Of a stretch of 64,000 bases of DNA, positions 39,136 through 56,162 are shown in pieces. The position numbers and the translations under genes were made by a program. The DNA is from the human T2T-CHM13v2.0 reference genome, Homo sapiens. The stretch lies in the NCBI RefSeq assembly GCF_009914755.1, contig NC_060942.1; one strand, 5' to 3'. The notes under the pieces were generated by a model. It had not been told where the DNA came from and made no database searches. It was given only the letters and a program-made list of their open reading frames with translations. The first letter of the stretch is position 1; the number at the start of each line of letters is the position of its first letter.

Positions 39136-41540
39136 CGAAGCGCCCCGTATTTTGCTGCAGCCCGCGGGGGGTCGCCGGAGGGAAGCCTAGAGTGCGCCGA
39201 GCACCGCCCCGGCAGGTGGAGGGGCTGCGGGAAATAAAATAACTTGGGCAGGAACTTGATTGGTAGCAGGTTCATCTTTGGTCCGCGGTAGGGAATCTAA
39301 TGGAGATGAAGAATGGTGGGGAAGGGGGGGCGGTGTCTCCTTGGGAGCCTAACGTACGCTTCTTTATTTTGTCATTCTTTGGAGATGGGTAATCTTTCCT
39401 GGCAGGGGCAGACACAGCAAACTAAGGACGCAGGCCAAGCTCATCCTAGCTATTGTTGTCTGAGGCGCTCGCCGGGAGCCACCTGCGGGCGGGGGAGGGC
39501 GGAGGCCGCGGCTCCTCTCTGGAGCTCGCACCTTCAGCTCCCACCCTTGAGGATGTACTGGAACAGCCCAAGTTTTTGTGTTCTTGTTTTGTTTTCTTTT
39601 GTCCCCTCTGGGAGTTTGAGAGTGCATGTTTGTTATTTTATTTGAAATCTCCCGTTTTCTATTTCTATTACTACCTGTTAGTGGTACTGTTCACATTTGG
39701 GGCCAACAGTTTCAGGGTACTTTTACCCTCTCCTACCACCCCTAACAACAATTTTTAAAAAAGAGAGAAACTAAAAGCCGGAACTTGAGAAAATAGGATT
39801 ATATAAAAGATAAAATGACTGATACAGAATTCTCACCACGTAAAGGATTTCTGCTGGCTTCCTTTAAGGCATGAACTTCAAGTGCAACACAGTGAGAGAC
39901 TTTACAAGTTTGAGTCACAAGCATTTGTGGAATGGAGCGGGGGATGGGGAGCAGTTTTTGTTTTTTCTAATTCTGGTGAGGTAATAAATTTTCCGGAACC
40001 TTTTTTAAGAAAGGTTTACAAGTAAATAGAAATATCCGTTTTATGTAAGCTTTTCAACACTTGGGAGATCGGTGAACTTCATTGCAGTTAATGAATATTT
40101 TCTGCCTTTATTGCTTGCTTTTCTGCTTTGGGTGACTGAAATATTAACATTATTTGAGTTTCAAGATACCGATCATTTAAGAATCTGATGATGAACCTTT
40201 AAAAACCAGCTACTAATTTCTTGACATAACTGATACAGCTTTTAATAATGTACTGTTGCTGGCTAGGCTTTTAAAAATTTAATATTCATAGGGAGGCTTA
40301 TTCAATTTTAATTAAAACATAATATTGTAAGTTTTTTATGAAACAAAATTTTTCCTGGATTTTCTTTCTTTTCAAAAGAATAAGAAAGGTTATGTTAATT
40401 AAATTTAAAAGATGAGATGAAACACTTAATATAGTAATCAGAAGTGCTTGTTCTTACCCTTTCTCTTCTTTTTTTGCTAGATATTATTGTCACACTATTG
40501 CTAGTCCGCCTAAAAGTTATCTTTGCAATAGAGTATTTATAAATTATGCTTTCTGGGAGTCATGCAAAATAATAGTAAAAATTCAGTTGAGATATGGGGA
40601 TATGTTTGTTGTATTCCAGAGTGAGATGTAGAGATCTCATCTCCATGGCTAAGATTTAAGCTTCGACCCTCGACGTGGGGTTTCGACTGTATCCTCATCA
40701 CTCCTAGCAGTACCCATTGATGTTTATTGCCATTCTGATTAATTTAAAGGTGGAACAAATTTCAACATGAATAACTCTATTTCTTGTTAGTAGTATTTAC
40801 TTGAAGCTTTAAACATGTCCTTTATAAATTAAGCACTTATGATTTCAAAATCTCCTTTGGAATGGCTGTCAGTCAAGGAATTCTCTGATTCCAACAGTTT
40901 TTGATCCTTTAAGTAAGCACTTGCAGCATGTTTTAAAAGTCCAATTTGCATGCCTCTCACTCTTCAGTGGTTGTGAATTGTTTTAGCATCTTGCCTCACT
41001 TTAAGTTGATCACCTGGTCAGCCAAATCTTGCTAATAATAAATAATAGGCCTCTGATTACAAGAAGGAATAGTCTAGTCTAAAATCATGCTGTTGGAGAC
41101 TTTGTGCATCCATTTGATGTTAATGAAAGTAGATCTGGTGTTGACTATGATATCCAAACACAGCTTTACCTCAGTAATACCATACCTAAGATTAGCTAAC
41201 GGGGCCATTCACTGTCCTGGGCAACTGATGACCAAACTCGCAGATTTTTAGCCCCTGCTCAAAGCATTACTTGTCTGAAGACTGGTTTTCCATCAGCCTG
41301 TAGAACTCCAGGGATGTAGGGGATTGTCAGTGACCCAGAGAAACAACCAGGTGTTATTAGGGGTTGGATGGATGGAGACAAGAAAAAAATATAGAATAAT
41401 ATAAAACATGACTGCATTCACACATCAAAAATCAACCTAATCCTTCATTTCTGACCTATGGAGTGATGCCTGTTGACTATAAGAGGTCTGCAAACCGTTA
41501 TGGAAACCTGATTAAATGATGTGCTCTGAACACATGGCCC

Positions 41541-41652
41541 GTTTTTATATATATGTAGAGGTCACGATGATTCATTTCTAAGCATTCATTTTTATATATG
41601 TGTAGTTTTTATATGTGTGTAGAGATCATGATTTGTTTCTAAGCATTCATTT
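41541..41652. repeat. Diverged ~50-bp direct duplication
   Basis: GTTTTTATAT..GTAGAG..TTTCTAAGCATTCATTT at 41541 and 41605. Confidence 0.8.
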
Positions 41653-44600
41653 CGAAAATCGTAATAATTTTTGTTCTGGTGTGTTTTGTCAGGCAGGAGA
41701 TGCTAAATGTACAAATTCACCATGTGGGTGTTTGTGTACAAGGGTTCTTGCTTTGGACATAAATGCTCAGCAGTAGTAGTCTAATCTAGAGCCTCCTCTC
41801 CCCCACCTCCCCTTCCCTACCCCCTATAGATACACACCGCAAAGACAGGCCCTACACTTGTCTTTGTCTCTGACACCTAGCGCAGTGTCCTTCCCAATGT
41901 TGAATGAAGACCCCCTTCTCCACTCTTCCTCCTCTCCCCATCTTCAGAGCAAACTAGGATTGTCCCTCTCCCTTAGAAAGTACCCCTCAAATTACATTTT
42001 CTCCATAATTAGCTTTAGTGTACATTAAAGCTGACTTTCCCTGGGTAATATCCCTTTCATAGAGTCATAGAATGTTCTAAATGAAACATTAAAGATGGTC
42101 TCTGCAACCCCTTCATTTTACAGATGGGACACCCTGAGACTTAAAAAGGTACACAAGGCCACCAGCTGGAAAGTAGGGAATGCAGAATGGGACCCAGGTC
42201 CCCTTACTCCCACTCTTACCTATGCTCTCTATCTTATTCTGGGAAGTTCCTTTAACATTGAAAAATTCAACTATATGGGATGAAAGGGAGATTTTTCTTT
42301 TTAAAGAAGAAAATATAATGATGCTAGGGATTAGTCTACTATTTTTCTCAAGTTTTTTGTTCTTCAAAGTATGTGTGAAATTGAGGACATAACTCTTCAC
42401 TGCTCTCAGTTTTCATATGCTTTTCTTAGTGTGATTATCTTGTGTTATTTATTATGATTTTGGCATTTAAAGATCCATATATTTGATACAACCTGGCTGC
42501 TAAACACAAGATAGCCATTCATCTGGTGCTCAGAGAAGTAGTGATCTGATCCAATATTAGAAGAAAAACCTGGTTATTTTAAAAAAATCTACTCTTGTTT
42601 GAAGATATTATTTACCTATTGTTTTTCAGTATTTGAAAATCAAAATCAACATTTTCATGGAAAATATAACCAAAGAAGTAACTTGAAGTATGTATGGTCA
42701 CATAAGTGAGTTATAAAGTTGCCAGATGAGCAACTCAACAGAGGCGAGTAATTCATAAGCAGGCCCTGAATTACAAGGAACCCCACCAAACAAACAAACA
42801 GAAAAAGAATCCCATTCTGACTCTGGAATGTAGAGGGGTATAGTATAATAAACAGATATGGCTATAAATTCAAGTAGACCTAGCTCTATGACCTTGAGTA
42901 AATTTCTTAACATGTCTAAGGCTCTTTTATCTCGAAAATGCAGTATTTCTTTATAAAGTCTGATGGGAACACAATAGAGCACAGTAGGGCCTTAGCATTT
43001 TATCTATAGTGTATTAGGTATGCTGATTTCCACAGAGGATTCAGAGCACAGTTACTTAAGAATCTGAGGGAACACCCTTTCACCTCTCCCAGTTGCTGTC
43101 TGCAATTAAAAAAAGTGCTTTTAATCAAAATTTTATTTGGGAGGTTCAAATTTTACAAAACAACACAAAACCTCTAATGTAAAAAAGCAATGGCTAAGTA
43201 AATAATCTACAGACTGGTAAAAGAAATAAAAATTTGGTGGCTTTGTAATGTGCAGAAAAATAAGTCTAGACAAAGTATTCACAGGAAACAATATAATCAG
43301 TATTAATGTATTGATTTGGTGTAGGAGAATGAATTCATATTTGAATTAACTCATAAATTGATAATACCGAGACCAGGGCTAAAACTCCATTTTGCTTAGG
43401 ACCTTTCCTGGCTTTTATGGTTTCTTGAATGCTTTCTGCCTGTGTGCTCCCAGAGTCGGGTTTGCATAGTTGATTTCATGAGTCTTGTTTAAAGATCAGC
43501 TATATTTGAGAAAATAAGATTTCCATGATATCCAAGAAATCTACCTTCTGCACCAGAAGCATGGATACTTACAGCGGAATACCAGCACTTTGGATCACTT
43601 AAAATACAGAAAGCCTATTTCACAAGATAAACAAATCTTGAGAAAATAAAACAAATCATGCTGAAGACTTTGGTAACTCTTGGTGCCAAACTTTTGCCTT
43701 CATGTCCTTTTAAAAGCAACGATCTGTCTTCAGGAAAGTTCTGAAACACAACTGTCAGTATTTAGAGGATAGCAAAACATATTTACTATCTGAACTTATA
43801 TTTGATTGTGCCCTTTCCTCCAGTGAAAATTGAGGCAATGGATAAAGTATTGGCTTGGGTTCAGGAGACCAGTTTTCTCTTCCCAGGTCTATGGCTGACT
43901 GAATAATCTTACGTGTGACACTTAATTTCTCTAAATGTTTTCTAATCCATAGAACAGAAATAATGCCACTATTCTCATAAGAATGCTGAGAGGACTAAGA
44001 AAACAATGTCAGTAAAATCCACTTAGTTCTTCATAGAGAGGTTCTACATAAGTACATGTTATTCTTTAAGGCTGTGGATTCAACTATAAGAGGAATGATT
44101 GGTGTCTAATGTTAAGTCACATTTTAATGATGTATAATCAACAAGCCAAGTGCTTATTAATTTTTTTATCCTTTTTCCCACTTATTCATAAATTTTAAAA
44201 ATAAGTTATCTTTCTCATTACAAAGGCAACATTCACAGATATTTGAGAAAATTATATTGTTAAATGCATCATAAACATTCATAGATTATGCTTACCCATC
44301 CTTATATTCCAGTACCAGCTGGGCAGATATGGTCTGAGTTTTCCTTTTAAACAGGGAATGTAAAATATCAACAATATTCCTATTTATTACAGAATTTACA
44401 ATGTATGTCACTCTGACCCATTTTTTACATAGTAACTAAAAAGAGCTGAGTGATTATCACAGATAAGCATGATCTCTGGGAGGTCTATTATTTTGACTCA
44501 TCCTTGAGAAAGGTTTTTAAAGACCTGTCTGCAAGAGATGGGGATAGTCTCATTTGTAAAGTATTTACTAGAGCCAATAATAAAAGTGCATTTGCATTCC

Positions 44601-45738
44601 AAGACCAGTTTATCCAAGCCATGTGAAATTTCCAAGTCTTGCAGGCCAGGACACAGGCTGTCTCAAATTGAGGGAAGAGGGCTTTGAGGAGCCTGCTGGT
44701 CAGTGCTGTGAGGGAAAGGAGGTGAGAGACAGGGATAAAGGTCACAAGTGGACATCAGGAAGGACTAAAGCACTTGAGGTTTGTATTCTGTCAGCAGAAG
44801 GGGCTCATGATGTGGATACAGCGTGGACTATGGTCAAACGATAGGATCTGGGGAAGGTCATAATCGTAGCAATTGCTCAATAAATACTTGCCCAGATTTA
44901 GGAGTGAGTCATACAGGAAAATAGGACATGGATTTGGACAGGAGGGTGGGGACAAGTCTTTCGGTATCCAGAACTGATAGGAAGCTCCACACAAAGGGAG
45001 TACCTGATATGTAACAGTTCATCCAGGCCAGTTCACCCTGTACTGTCCCTAGATTTGCACAGTTCTTGATGAGGGAGAGCAGCTTCTCATGAGATGCTTG
45101 CTGGGGATGTGTGGGGTTATCCTCAGTTCTAAAATTGCTACTTCAACAAATGTGAAATACCTATTTATACTTCTCAACTTGTTTTTATAAGGATGGAAAT
45201 GATATGAAATGGTTTTTGTACTTTACAGTCTTTTTCAGTCAAAAATAAGCACTATTTGACTGAAAATAAATGGGATAGTATAAGCTTTAACTGAAGAAGA
45301 TGTAAGTTGGCTTTCTTAATTTTATTGCCTCATTTTCTGAACCCGTTTTTTTGGATGCAGAACTTTCCGGAGTATTGATTTTTAATTTTTTGATCTTTCT
45401 TTTTTCTCTTCCTCCCTCTTTCTCTTCTTTCCCTTTCTCCCTCTCTTTCCCTTTTTCTCTAAAATAAAAAAAAATTGGAGAGTTTCTTCACCTTTTTTTC
45501 CTACCTTTCTGTTGAGATGATATTTTTGATTTCCAAGAGGTTTTAATGTTCTCTGATTTATTTTTTATAGAACTTTGCTCTCATTTAATAAATGTAAGAG
45601 CTTCTCCTAACTCTACATATTGTTCAAAGTTTTCTTCTGCTTCTGCTTTATCTGAGTTTCTTCTCTTTCTCTTTTTTTTTTTTTTTGCAGTGTTTGTTTT
45701 TGTCTCATGTTTGAGGTTTTCTTGAGGATATTATTTAG

Positions 45739-46099
<361 letters not shown>

Positions 46100-46734
46100 T
46101 TAATGAGGCACCCTACCCTGCCTCATTTTTGCTTGAAGCAAGAGGTCACAGATTGTCCCTAAGGCTTCTTCCCAGGAACCTTCTCCTCCACACTTCTTCT
46201 AACCACTGTCTCCTCCCATTCTGAGGAAACAGGGGTTGTTATTCCCTCACTTAGACCAGATGCCTCATTCCCATCTGCACCATGGGACTAGTTCCTGTCC
46301 TGTAAAGGTGTTTAAAGAACCTCCCCAGGTGAGACTGGCTCAAGTCACACTGTGCTCCGCGGGGGGCTTGACCTTACTTATCTGTGACAAGATGTCACCT
46401 GTGATTTATTCCTTGATAAAAAGGGAAGCAGGAGCCCTAAATTATTTTCTGGATGACTGCTAACGCTTTTCTCTTGTCTGAGTTGGTCATCTACCTCTTC
46501 CCAAGGATGAGATAGACATCAGTATCATCAGAGGCTTTCAGCTTAGGACTCCTTTTGTGACATGGCCCTTTCTGAAGTTAATGATGGGCCTCCCGTGCTT
46601 CATGTCCTGTGAGAAATAGTGTCGTCTCCACAAATTACTTCACCCCAAATTATTTGTATGGGCCCCTATAGTTTTCAGCTTAAAAAAAAAATCTAAATGC
46701 TTTATCCTCAGCATAACATAATAACAGTTACATG

Positions 46735-47085
<351 letters not shown>

Positions 47086-49438
47086 TTATGTGGAAGCAGT
47101 CCATGGAGGTACCTTCACCCTAATGCGTTCACTCCATTCCCACTAACGGAATCTATCCAGAGTGAAGTAGCCATTTCCATAATATGAAAAAATGTATGTG
47201 TTCAATAGACAATAAGAAATATAAATTTATAATATTGGTAGTGCAACCCTGCTATTTATAGTAAATAGGATAGAAACACGTCAGTAACTAAAGCATTTAG
47301 TAGAATTATCTTCAATTTTGTTGTTGTTGTTGTTGTCATAATGTATTTGCTAACATGTCCTAGAAATAGCATCTTTCATTTGGAAGGTGTACTTTATAAA
47401 TATACGTTGATCAATAAGTGCTTTTATTATACTTTATCCCAAATATTGTGACATGTTCCTCTTAGGGAAGGTCATTGCTACTTTTCCTGCTAACACTCCT
47501 CCTGTTGAAAATCGCAATTTAATATTTAATTGCTCTTCACTCTCATTTAGTATAAATCTTCTGTATTCATTTGAAGTCTCATGAGGTTGAATGTTATCTT
47601 GCTATTCAGTGGTGTGCCATCACTTCACCTTATAGGTATTTGTGAAGATTTTATTCACATGATGCTCTCAAGCTTGGAGTTGAAATACTACGATTCACTT
47701 AATAGATTAGGATATTAGGGTCTATTGAACAGATGCATAGAAATCAGTCACCATTTCACCCGAAGTTACATCCAAATACTTAGTTTTATTAAATGCATCT
47801 CTACTGCTTAGAATATCCAGTTTTGCCTTACAGTAAAATTGGGTAGGCTGACCACCTACTAGTAACACATTTGTAAACATACCAGAGGAAAAAAGCCTAC
47901 TTTTATTTACATAGCAAATACCTTCTCTTAAAAAGAGGTAACTTTTTAAAGATTGTGTCCAAATTGAAGAACTTACCTGAGAATAACAAAAAAGTACAAG
48001 ACCAATACTGCCTGTCTTTTTCTTTCACCCTTAGCCATATGGAGGACAAGCTGGCTTTAGCACAGCTATGGCACAGACTACAGAGTGCATGAGAAAAGAA
48101 ACGATGGGGTCACCAACAGTGTGGAAGGGAAGGAGCACTATAGTGAGCTGGAGCTTGGACACATGAAGGATCCAATGAGATTCTTAAACTCTGTGTGTCC
48201 GGCAAACGCTAGCAGTGAAGAGATGTTAAGTTCATATATCTTCTCCTTGAAGAAAAGCAACATCCTAAGATCTCAATAAACAAAAAATCCTTCATTTGGT
48301 TCAGAAGATCCTAGAAAAGTTAATTCAAGATGCTGACTAAAATCTTAAAGATGTTCCCTGGTAGAACATGTTTTTGTTCGTTTATTTCTAAGAATCACAA
48401 AGTCAATCCAGTTCCTTGCACATTGCAAACCTCTAAGAGATCCCTTTGCACCCTCTAAGTTCTGCAGTTTGGATTACTGACAGCATCTCCTATAATCAAT
48501 ACAGCATAATTGGATTATTACCAAAGGCAAAATAATATATTTGCTGTTTTTTAGTTTTTAAAAGCTAATATTTTAAAAATACAAGTTTAATCATCTTTAC
48601 CATCTAGGTAATAAAATACATATGTGCCCCCACATGTGTTTAAATAACCAATATCATAATTAATATTTTTTCCAGAAATAAAATTCTTAAATCTTTATAA
48701 AAAGTTTTGAACATACAAATACTTTGTATCCCTAGCTATTATTTTCTTAACTTCTGTTTTCATTTAGAAATATTTGCTTTTGACCACAATCTTCTTCACT
48801 AAACAGTTTTCATCTTTGTCCTCCTTTGATTTGAAACCCTTAGCTAATATAATTTCTTAGTTCTCTTTACTTGGTGCAGTTTTTAAAAGGTCTATTTATT
48901 TTGAGTCAGCTTACAATGTCTTAAAAATAAGCAAGGAAAGAAAAAATAGGGAGTAGAGGGGAGGAAGAAACAAAAAAAATTCAGTTATGAACTGTTGACT
49001 TTTTCTATGCTTTGTTTAAATGTCTAATCTTAAAGGGAGTATGGTGGAATCCTGCTCTTTGAACCAGCCATTAGGAGGTGCTCACAGTTTAGAACAAACT
49101 CTTCAGACCTTTAAGACTTGTCTAGTTTTTCTGTTCTGTAGAACTTTAATTTTAGAAATTTTCTTTCACTTGAACATACCACTTGTAAAAATTGTGTAGC
49201 CGACAGCTCTGGGAACCAAAGTCATCCAATTAGTCCAAAAAACAAATGTTTTATGGCATCTATCACCACAGAACACCAATAGGCCCTCAGACAACCACAT
49301 GAGGTTAAAAGAAAAACATGTATTTGAGAAGGAAAGCCTTCTTGGCTATTTTGCTTTCAGAGAGAAATGGTTGATATTAACTGGTGTAAGGCAGTGGTCT
49401 TCAGGAAATGTTTCCGAGGGCTATATCTAATTTTGTAA

Positions 49439-49656
<218 letters not shown>

Positions 49657-50004
49657 CACTCTCACAGCTGTTTATTATAGACACATTCACACCGTTACTT
49701 TTTCATTTTTGTTTTACCATTATTGCTTTTTATTTGCTATAACAGACCCAGACTGGCAACTTGACGAGCCTTTGGCACAAGTGTGGATATGTTTGGAGCA
49801 AAGAAGGCTGAAGGACAAGTATGCGCCATCTTTTGGTGGGTTTTCATTGGCCCCTAAAGCACTGTTTGGAGGAGAGTAAACAATGTTCGCCTACTTATTT
49901 ATAATAGAAGTTATTGTTAAGGGGTTATAGGTGTTTGTACAGATAGTACAAGCATGAAATGCTATGCATGAATTACTTAACTGATTTAATGATGGCTTCC
50001 ATAA

Positions 50005-50448
<444 letters not shown>

Positions 50449-51473
50449 TAACTTTAAAATAATTATTATTACTTGGAGTCAACTCCTAGCAAATGGGAAC
50501 GCTTATCTTATTTCTTTTCATTTCTTTGGCACCCAACTCATAATGTCTTAAGTCCAAGCATTTGCTAGGACTTAAGAGAGGCATTAGGCGTGCACTGCAT
50601 AATGTTGATGATGACACCTACTGGCAGGACAGGATTTTGCACCCTAGTTCCATAAGACACTGAAGCCCTTTGTTACCTATCTAAAATAAAGATATTTGAA
50701 ATCTGTACTTTTATTTTATGAATTAAGTTAAATTTCACTAGAAAAGTCTTATTGGAATATGATTATCAGTTCATATAAGCTAAATTATGCTGTGCCAAAA
50801 AAACTCCCTAAAACTCTGACAAAGGTTTCATTCTTACACACACTACCTGTCAATCTCAGATTATTAATAATGAAAGATGTGAAATGAAGATTAAATGTCA
50901 ATTCTGCCTCCAACCCCACCGTTAATTACTAGCAAAGAGTCCCAAGGAAAATCATTGAATATTTCTCCCCTTAGCCATTGATTTGTGATGTGGTCATGTA
51001 CTAAGTCTCTATTTTGGAACATCTTTTTCTGTCATGGATCAGTCTTTCTGTGTTTGCATCACTTCCAAGCTATTTTAATTGTTACAGCTTCATGATGCAT
51101 TTACTGTATGAGAAGACTTTCACTTACTTCCTCTTTTTCCTCTTACTGATATGGTTTTAAAAAAATTTTGTAATTCTCACCTGATTATTCTTCCAGGAAA
51201 AGTTTAGCATTATTTTGTTAAATTATCACAAATGACATTTGATTTTATTTAAATGGCATGAAACTACAAATTAATTCTATAATAATTAATAACATATTGA
51301 GTCTTCTCATCTAAGTATTTTCTATCTCTCCAACATATTTGTAATTTTATTCATCTTAAATGTGTTTTTATAAAAATTTATCCTTGGAATGTTATATTTT
51401 GTTATAACCCCTAAGAGTTTTTTACATAATTTTATTTTCACATTTGCTATAGTATCTGCATATGAGTATGCTA

Positions 51474-51926
<453 letters not shown>

Positions 51927-52924
51927 AGAACGTTAAATGCTATTTAGAAAAAGCAATAGCTTTTTCTAGACTTAATGGTAGGGTCTCATGGGTTTTATCA
52001 TTAGGAATTTTTAAAATCATATTGATTTTAAGTAATTGTGAATAAATATTTTAATTATCAATAATAAATGTTTTAATTATTAATAACTTGATTATTAATA
52101 ATAATTTAATCATGTTGATTCTGTACCCACTGGTATTTCCCAAAATTGTGACTGTTGAATTTTATCTGATGGCTTTATTTCAAAAATTATGATCATGTTT
52201 TCTTAAGTAACCTAATAATTTAAGGTATTATAATAATAAACTATATAATATTGATTCTTTCTGCATTCCTGAAATAAATCCTACTTGATGAATATAAATG
52301 TTTAAAATCACAAAGGAAATCTTACAAATAGAGCTTAGCACTATATAAAAAAATCGTTTGGAAATGAGTTGGCATTTTTAAAAAATTGATATCCTTGGAA
52401 GAATTTGTCATTTCATCTATTTCTAAAAGCATTGTTAATTGTATTTATCACATATTTTTATTTCATATTTGCTAATAATGTTATTAGACATTTGCTTTTA
52501 TTCTATTTTTTTAAATACTTGGTAATTTAAACAATTTCCTATTAACTAATTTTGTTATCTAATTCTTCTTTTAATCCATGTTGGTCTTACTTTCTTTTTC
52601 TAAAATTTAGTATGTTTGCATTCTTTAAAACATATAGAAAAATATTTGTACTTATGAATTAACTTTTATGCAGCAATTTTGCTTTGATGGTTTTGTTTAT
52701 TTTTATCTCTTCCTTAGTCCAATAGTCACTTTAACAGGTTTGTTTTCATTCTCAGGTGGTAAAGTCTTGTTTCCAGTGACAGAAAACTTTATATTTTACA
52801 TTCAATTGTTGTCAGTTAATGTGGTGTATGATTTCAGTTTATTTGGATTACTGACTGTTTTGGGTCTGATACCAATTTTCATTCATGCTTCTTGCATATT
52901 TTACATGAAGGAAGTTACTGGTTA

Positions 52925-53472
52925 TGTCAAGAACTATGACAGATTGAGATTTTACCCTACTTAAAAAGTTACCTTTCATGGTTGTATGGAAGATGAACAA
53001 TACATTGTCAGAGACAATGTATTTTATTATTCACAGTAATAGCGGTAGCTAGAGTATCATCATTTTTGTGTCAGTTCCCCATACCCCAATTCACACAGGA
53101 TGGGTGAAGAGGGCGAGATGACACCAACACACAGAATGGATGCATTACAAGAGAGGAATCCTAAACTTAGGGCATCTGATTCTTTTATAAAAGGCAGTAG
53201 GCATGCCTCCCTTTTTTCCTGGAAGGAGATATCTTCATTGTGCTGGGCTGCAAGCATGTCTGACCTTTGCTTTGGAGGGAGACACTCTCTCCATCTTCCT
53301 GGACTATAAGCAAACCAGCTCTTTCCTTCAGAGGGACACATTATCTCTTTACTCCAAGGTAATTGTCTATACAAACATCCTAGAAAATACATTCTGGAAC
53401 AAGGGCATCTATTGGCTGTATTTGCAAGATGTGCAGAAATGCAAGACACCCATGGATAATTTTCTCCTGAGA
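52925..53472 (-). mobile_element. ERV1-class solo LTR (MER67/MER31-like)
   Basis: TGTCAAGAACT..GAGATTTTACCCTACT at the left end; GCAGAAATGCAAGACACCCATGGATAATT at the right end. Confidence 0.7.
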
Positions 53473-53932
53473 TATGAGTAGAGGATAAATTTTTATCTAT
53501 ATTAGTTCTACCTTGATCAAATTCTTCAAAATTGTTTTTGTCAACTCAGTATAGCCATAGATGTAGAAACAGAGATGTTTGCCATGTGTAACTATCTCTT
53601 TATCTCTGTCTCCATCTAGCTATCTCTATAGATACAGAGAATGTTGCTATGTTTAACAGTATATATAGATGATAGACAGATGATAGATAAATGATAAGGT
53701 TATAGGTTTAAAATGTTATTCCCTATGTTCTTAATAATTTTATGTATTTTAAACTATTCAACTTTAGAAATTCAGTATTATTTCTTTTACTGTTTATATA
53801 ATTTTGTCAACATATAATAACCCTTTTTAGTCCCATTTGTGTAAATTTTCACATCTGTTTATTGTTATTTAAATCTGTTTCTTAAAAATAATAAATTATT
53901 GGATTATTTTCATTCAATCTGATACATTTCAC

Positions 53933-54225
53933 TTTTTTTTTTTTTGAGACGGAGTCTCACTTTGTTGCCCAGGCTGGAGTAGAGTGGTGCGATCTTGGCT
54001 CACTGTGACCTTCGCCTCCTGAGTTCAAGCTATTCTCCTGCCTCAGCCTCCCAAGTAACTGGGACTATAGATGTGCACCACCACACCCAGCTAATTTTTG
54101 TATTTTTAGTAGAGATGGGGTTTCACCATATTGATCAGGCTGGCCTTGAACTCCTGACCTCGTGATCCGCCCGACTCGGCCTCCCAAAGTGCTGGGATTA
54201 CAGGCGTGAGCCACCACGCCCAGCC
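53933..54225 (-). mobile_element. AluS (Sg-like)
   Basis: Antisense dimer; TSD CATTTCAC. Confidence 0.96.
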
Positions 54226-54288
54226 CATTTCACCTTTTTAATAGAAGAGTATGAACTATATTCATTAATTATGTTGGCCTGACATATC

Positions 54289-54593
54289 TTTTCTTTTTTT
54301 TTTTTTTTTTTGAGACAGCGTCTCTTTCTGTTGCCCAGGCTGAAGTGCAGTGGCAGGATCACTGCTCACTGCAGCCTTGACCTCCCAGGCTTAAGCAATC
54401 CTCCCACCTCAGCTTCCTGAGTAGGTGGGACTACAAGTGGGCACCACCATGCCTGGTTAATTTTTGTATTCTTTGTAGAGACAGGGTTTTGCCATGGTGC
54501 TGAAGCTAGGCTTGAACTCCTTGGCTCGATCTATTCACCCACCTCAGCCTCTCAAAGTGCTGGGATTACAGCCATGAGCCACCGTGCCCAGCC
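54289..54593 (-). mobile_element. AluJ
   Basis: GCAGCCTTGACCTCCCAGGCTTAAGCAATCCTCCC J-type features. Confidence 0.94.
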
Positions 54594-55162
54594 TGTTGTC
54601 TGCTTTTTTGTTTGCTCACCATTTGGCCTCTCTTCCGTAGGCTGTTTTGTTTACTTTGTCTTCTCATTACTTCAGAATACAGACATCCAGTGTTTAATTC
54701 TGTTTGTGGTTATCTCATAATTATTAAGATATATTCATAACTATTTGTTTATTAATCAAAATAGCAATAAGAAGACTCTTGTTTATTAATTGTACTTCCT
54801 TTACCATATCTTAGTCTTTAATAATTAATCTGGTTACATAAACTTTGTCATTAATACATCTATACATATTTCTCTTTTCAAGAAATTGGAGTTTTTAAGT
54901 GGTTGCATTTGTATTACCCTAATAATGCCAATTATTCTGAGTTTTCAGCATTAGTTTTATTCTCTGTAGTCATTGTTTGCAGTGGCTGTAGGAACGCTAC
55001 TGTCACAAGTTGAAGGCCAAGAGAATTGTTCCTAAATTCTCGTTTCTTTGTGCTTTAGAGCTAAGGTAGAAGTGAATCAGAATTCCACTAAATGTGGGCA
55101 GCCAGCCAAAGGGAGTAAAATTAACCCCTCCATACATAGTAGGCAGAATGATGAGGAAAAAG

Positions 55163-55474
<312 letters not shown>

Positions 55475-55488
55475 GAATGGCTAAAAGG

Positions 55489-55560
55489 GTCTCTTTCTGT
55501 TGCCCAGGCTGAAGTGCAGTGGCAGGATCACTGCTCACTGCAGGCTTGACCTCCCAGGCT
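55489..55560 (-). mobile_element. 72-bp Alu fragment copied from the AluJ at 54320-54391
   Basis: 71/72 identical, including private substitutions. Confidence 0.93.
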
Positions 55561-55789
55561 CTGCAAATGTGAAATTCATGACATACTTCCAAGAATCCTA
55601 GGAATAAGCTTTTCTTTTCCCCTTATCCAAAGCTTCTATTGGGAGCGGTGTATGTTTCTATTCCCTGTTCCCTTCTTTTCCCCTATCCTACTTCCTTGAA
55701 TCTCCAGTACTGTTTTACCCACCGCAGGCCTCAAACTTTACAGTCTAACAAGTGTAGTTTTTAAAGTAACCCAAAATGCATGAGGATAC

Positions 55790-56162
55790 TTATCTAAGTC
55801 TTCATGGGCTGCCAGAGCAAACGATCATTGACTGGGTGACTTAACAGAGATTTCTTTTCTCACAGTTCTGAAGGCTAGAAGTCTGAGAATGGGGTGCCAG
55901 CACGATGGAGTTCTGGTGGGGGCCCTCCTGCTGGCTTACAGATGGCGACCTTTGTTCTGTGTGCTTCCATGGCCTTATCATGATATATTGGTGTAGATCT
56001 CTGTCTCTTCTTATAAAGTTAAAATTCTATTGGATTAGGACTCCACCCTTATGACCTAATTTACAAATACTTACCCCCTAAAAACACTGTCTCCAAATAC
56101 AGTCACATTGGGATTTAGGCTTCAACATGGGAATTTTGGAGGCATACATTGCAGTGCTATAA
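55790..56162 (-). mobile_element. MaLR solo LTR (MLT1B-like)
   Basis: CTCACAGTTCTGAAGGCTAGAAGTC; CTCCAAATACAGTCACATT. Confidence 0.82.

Larger units (their letters stand above)
36290..39530. promoter_or_regulatory. CpG island spanning the CDH2 promoter, exon 1 and the start of intron 1
   Basis: Abrupt switch from AT-rich DNA to very GC-rich, CpG-dense DNA with many GGGCGG/CCGCCC boxes. Confidence 0.95.

Noticed and set aside
36275-39275. Many long ORFs (up to 441 aa) on both strands
   Set aside because: Stop-poor GC-rich CpG island with low-complexity Ala/Arg/Gly/Pro translations; only 37963-38022 is recognisably coding
45232-45266. 12-bp-arm hairpin TTTTCAGTCAAA / TTTGACTGAAAA
   Set aside because: Too short and AT-rich for a pre-miRNA; bacterial-style terminators are irrelevant here
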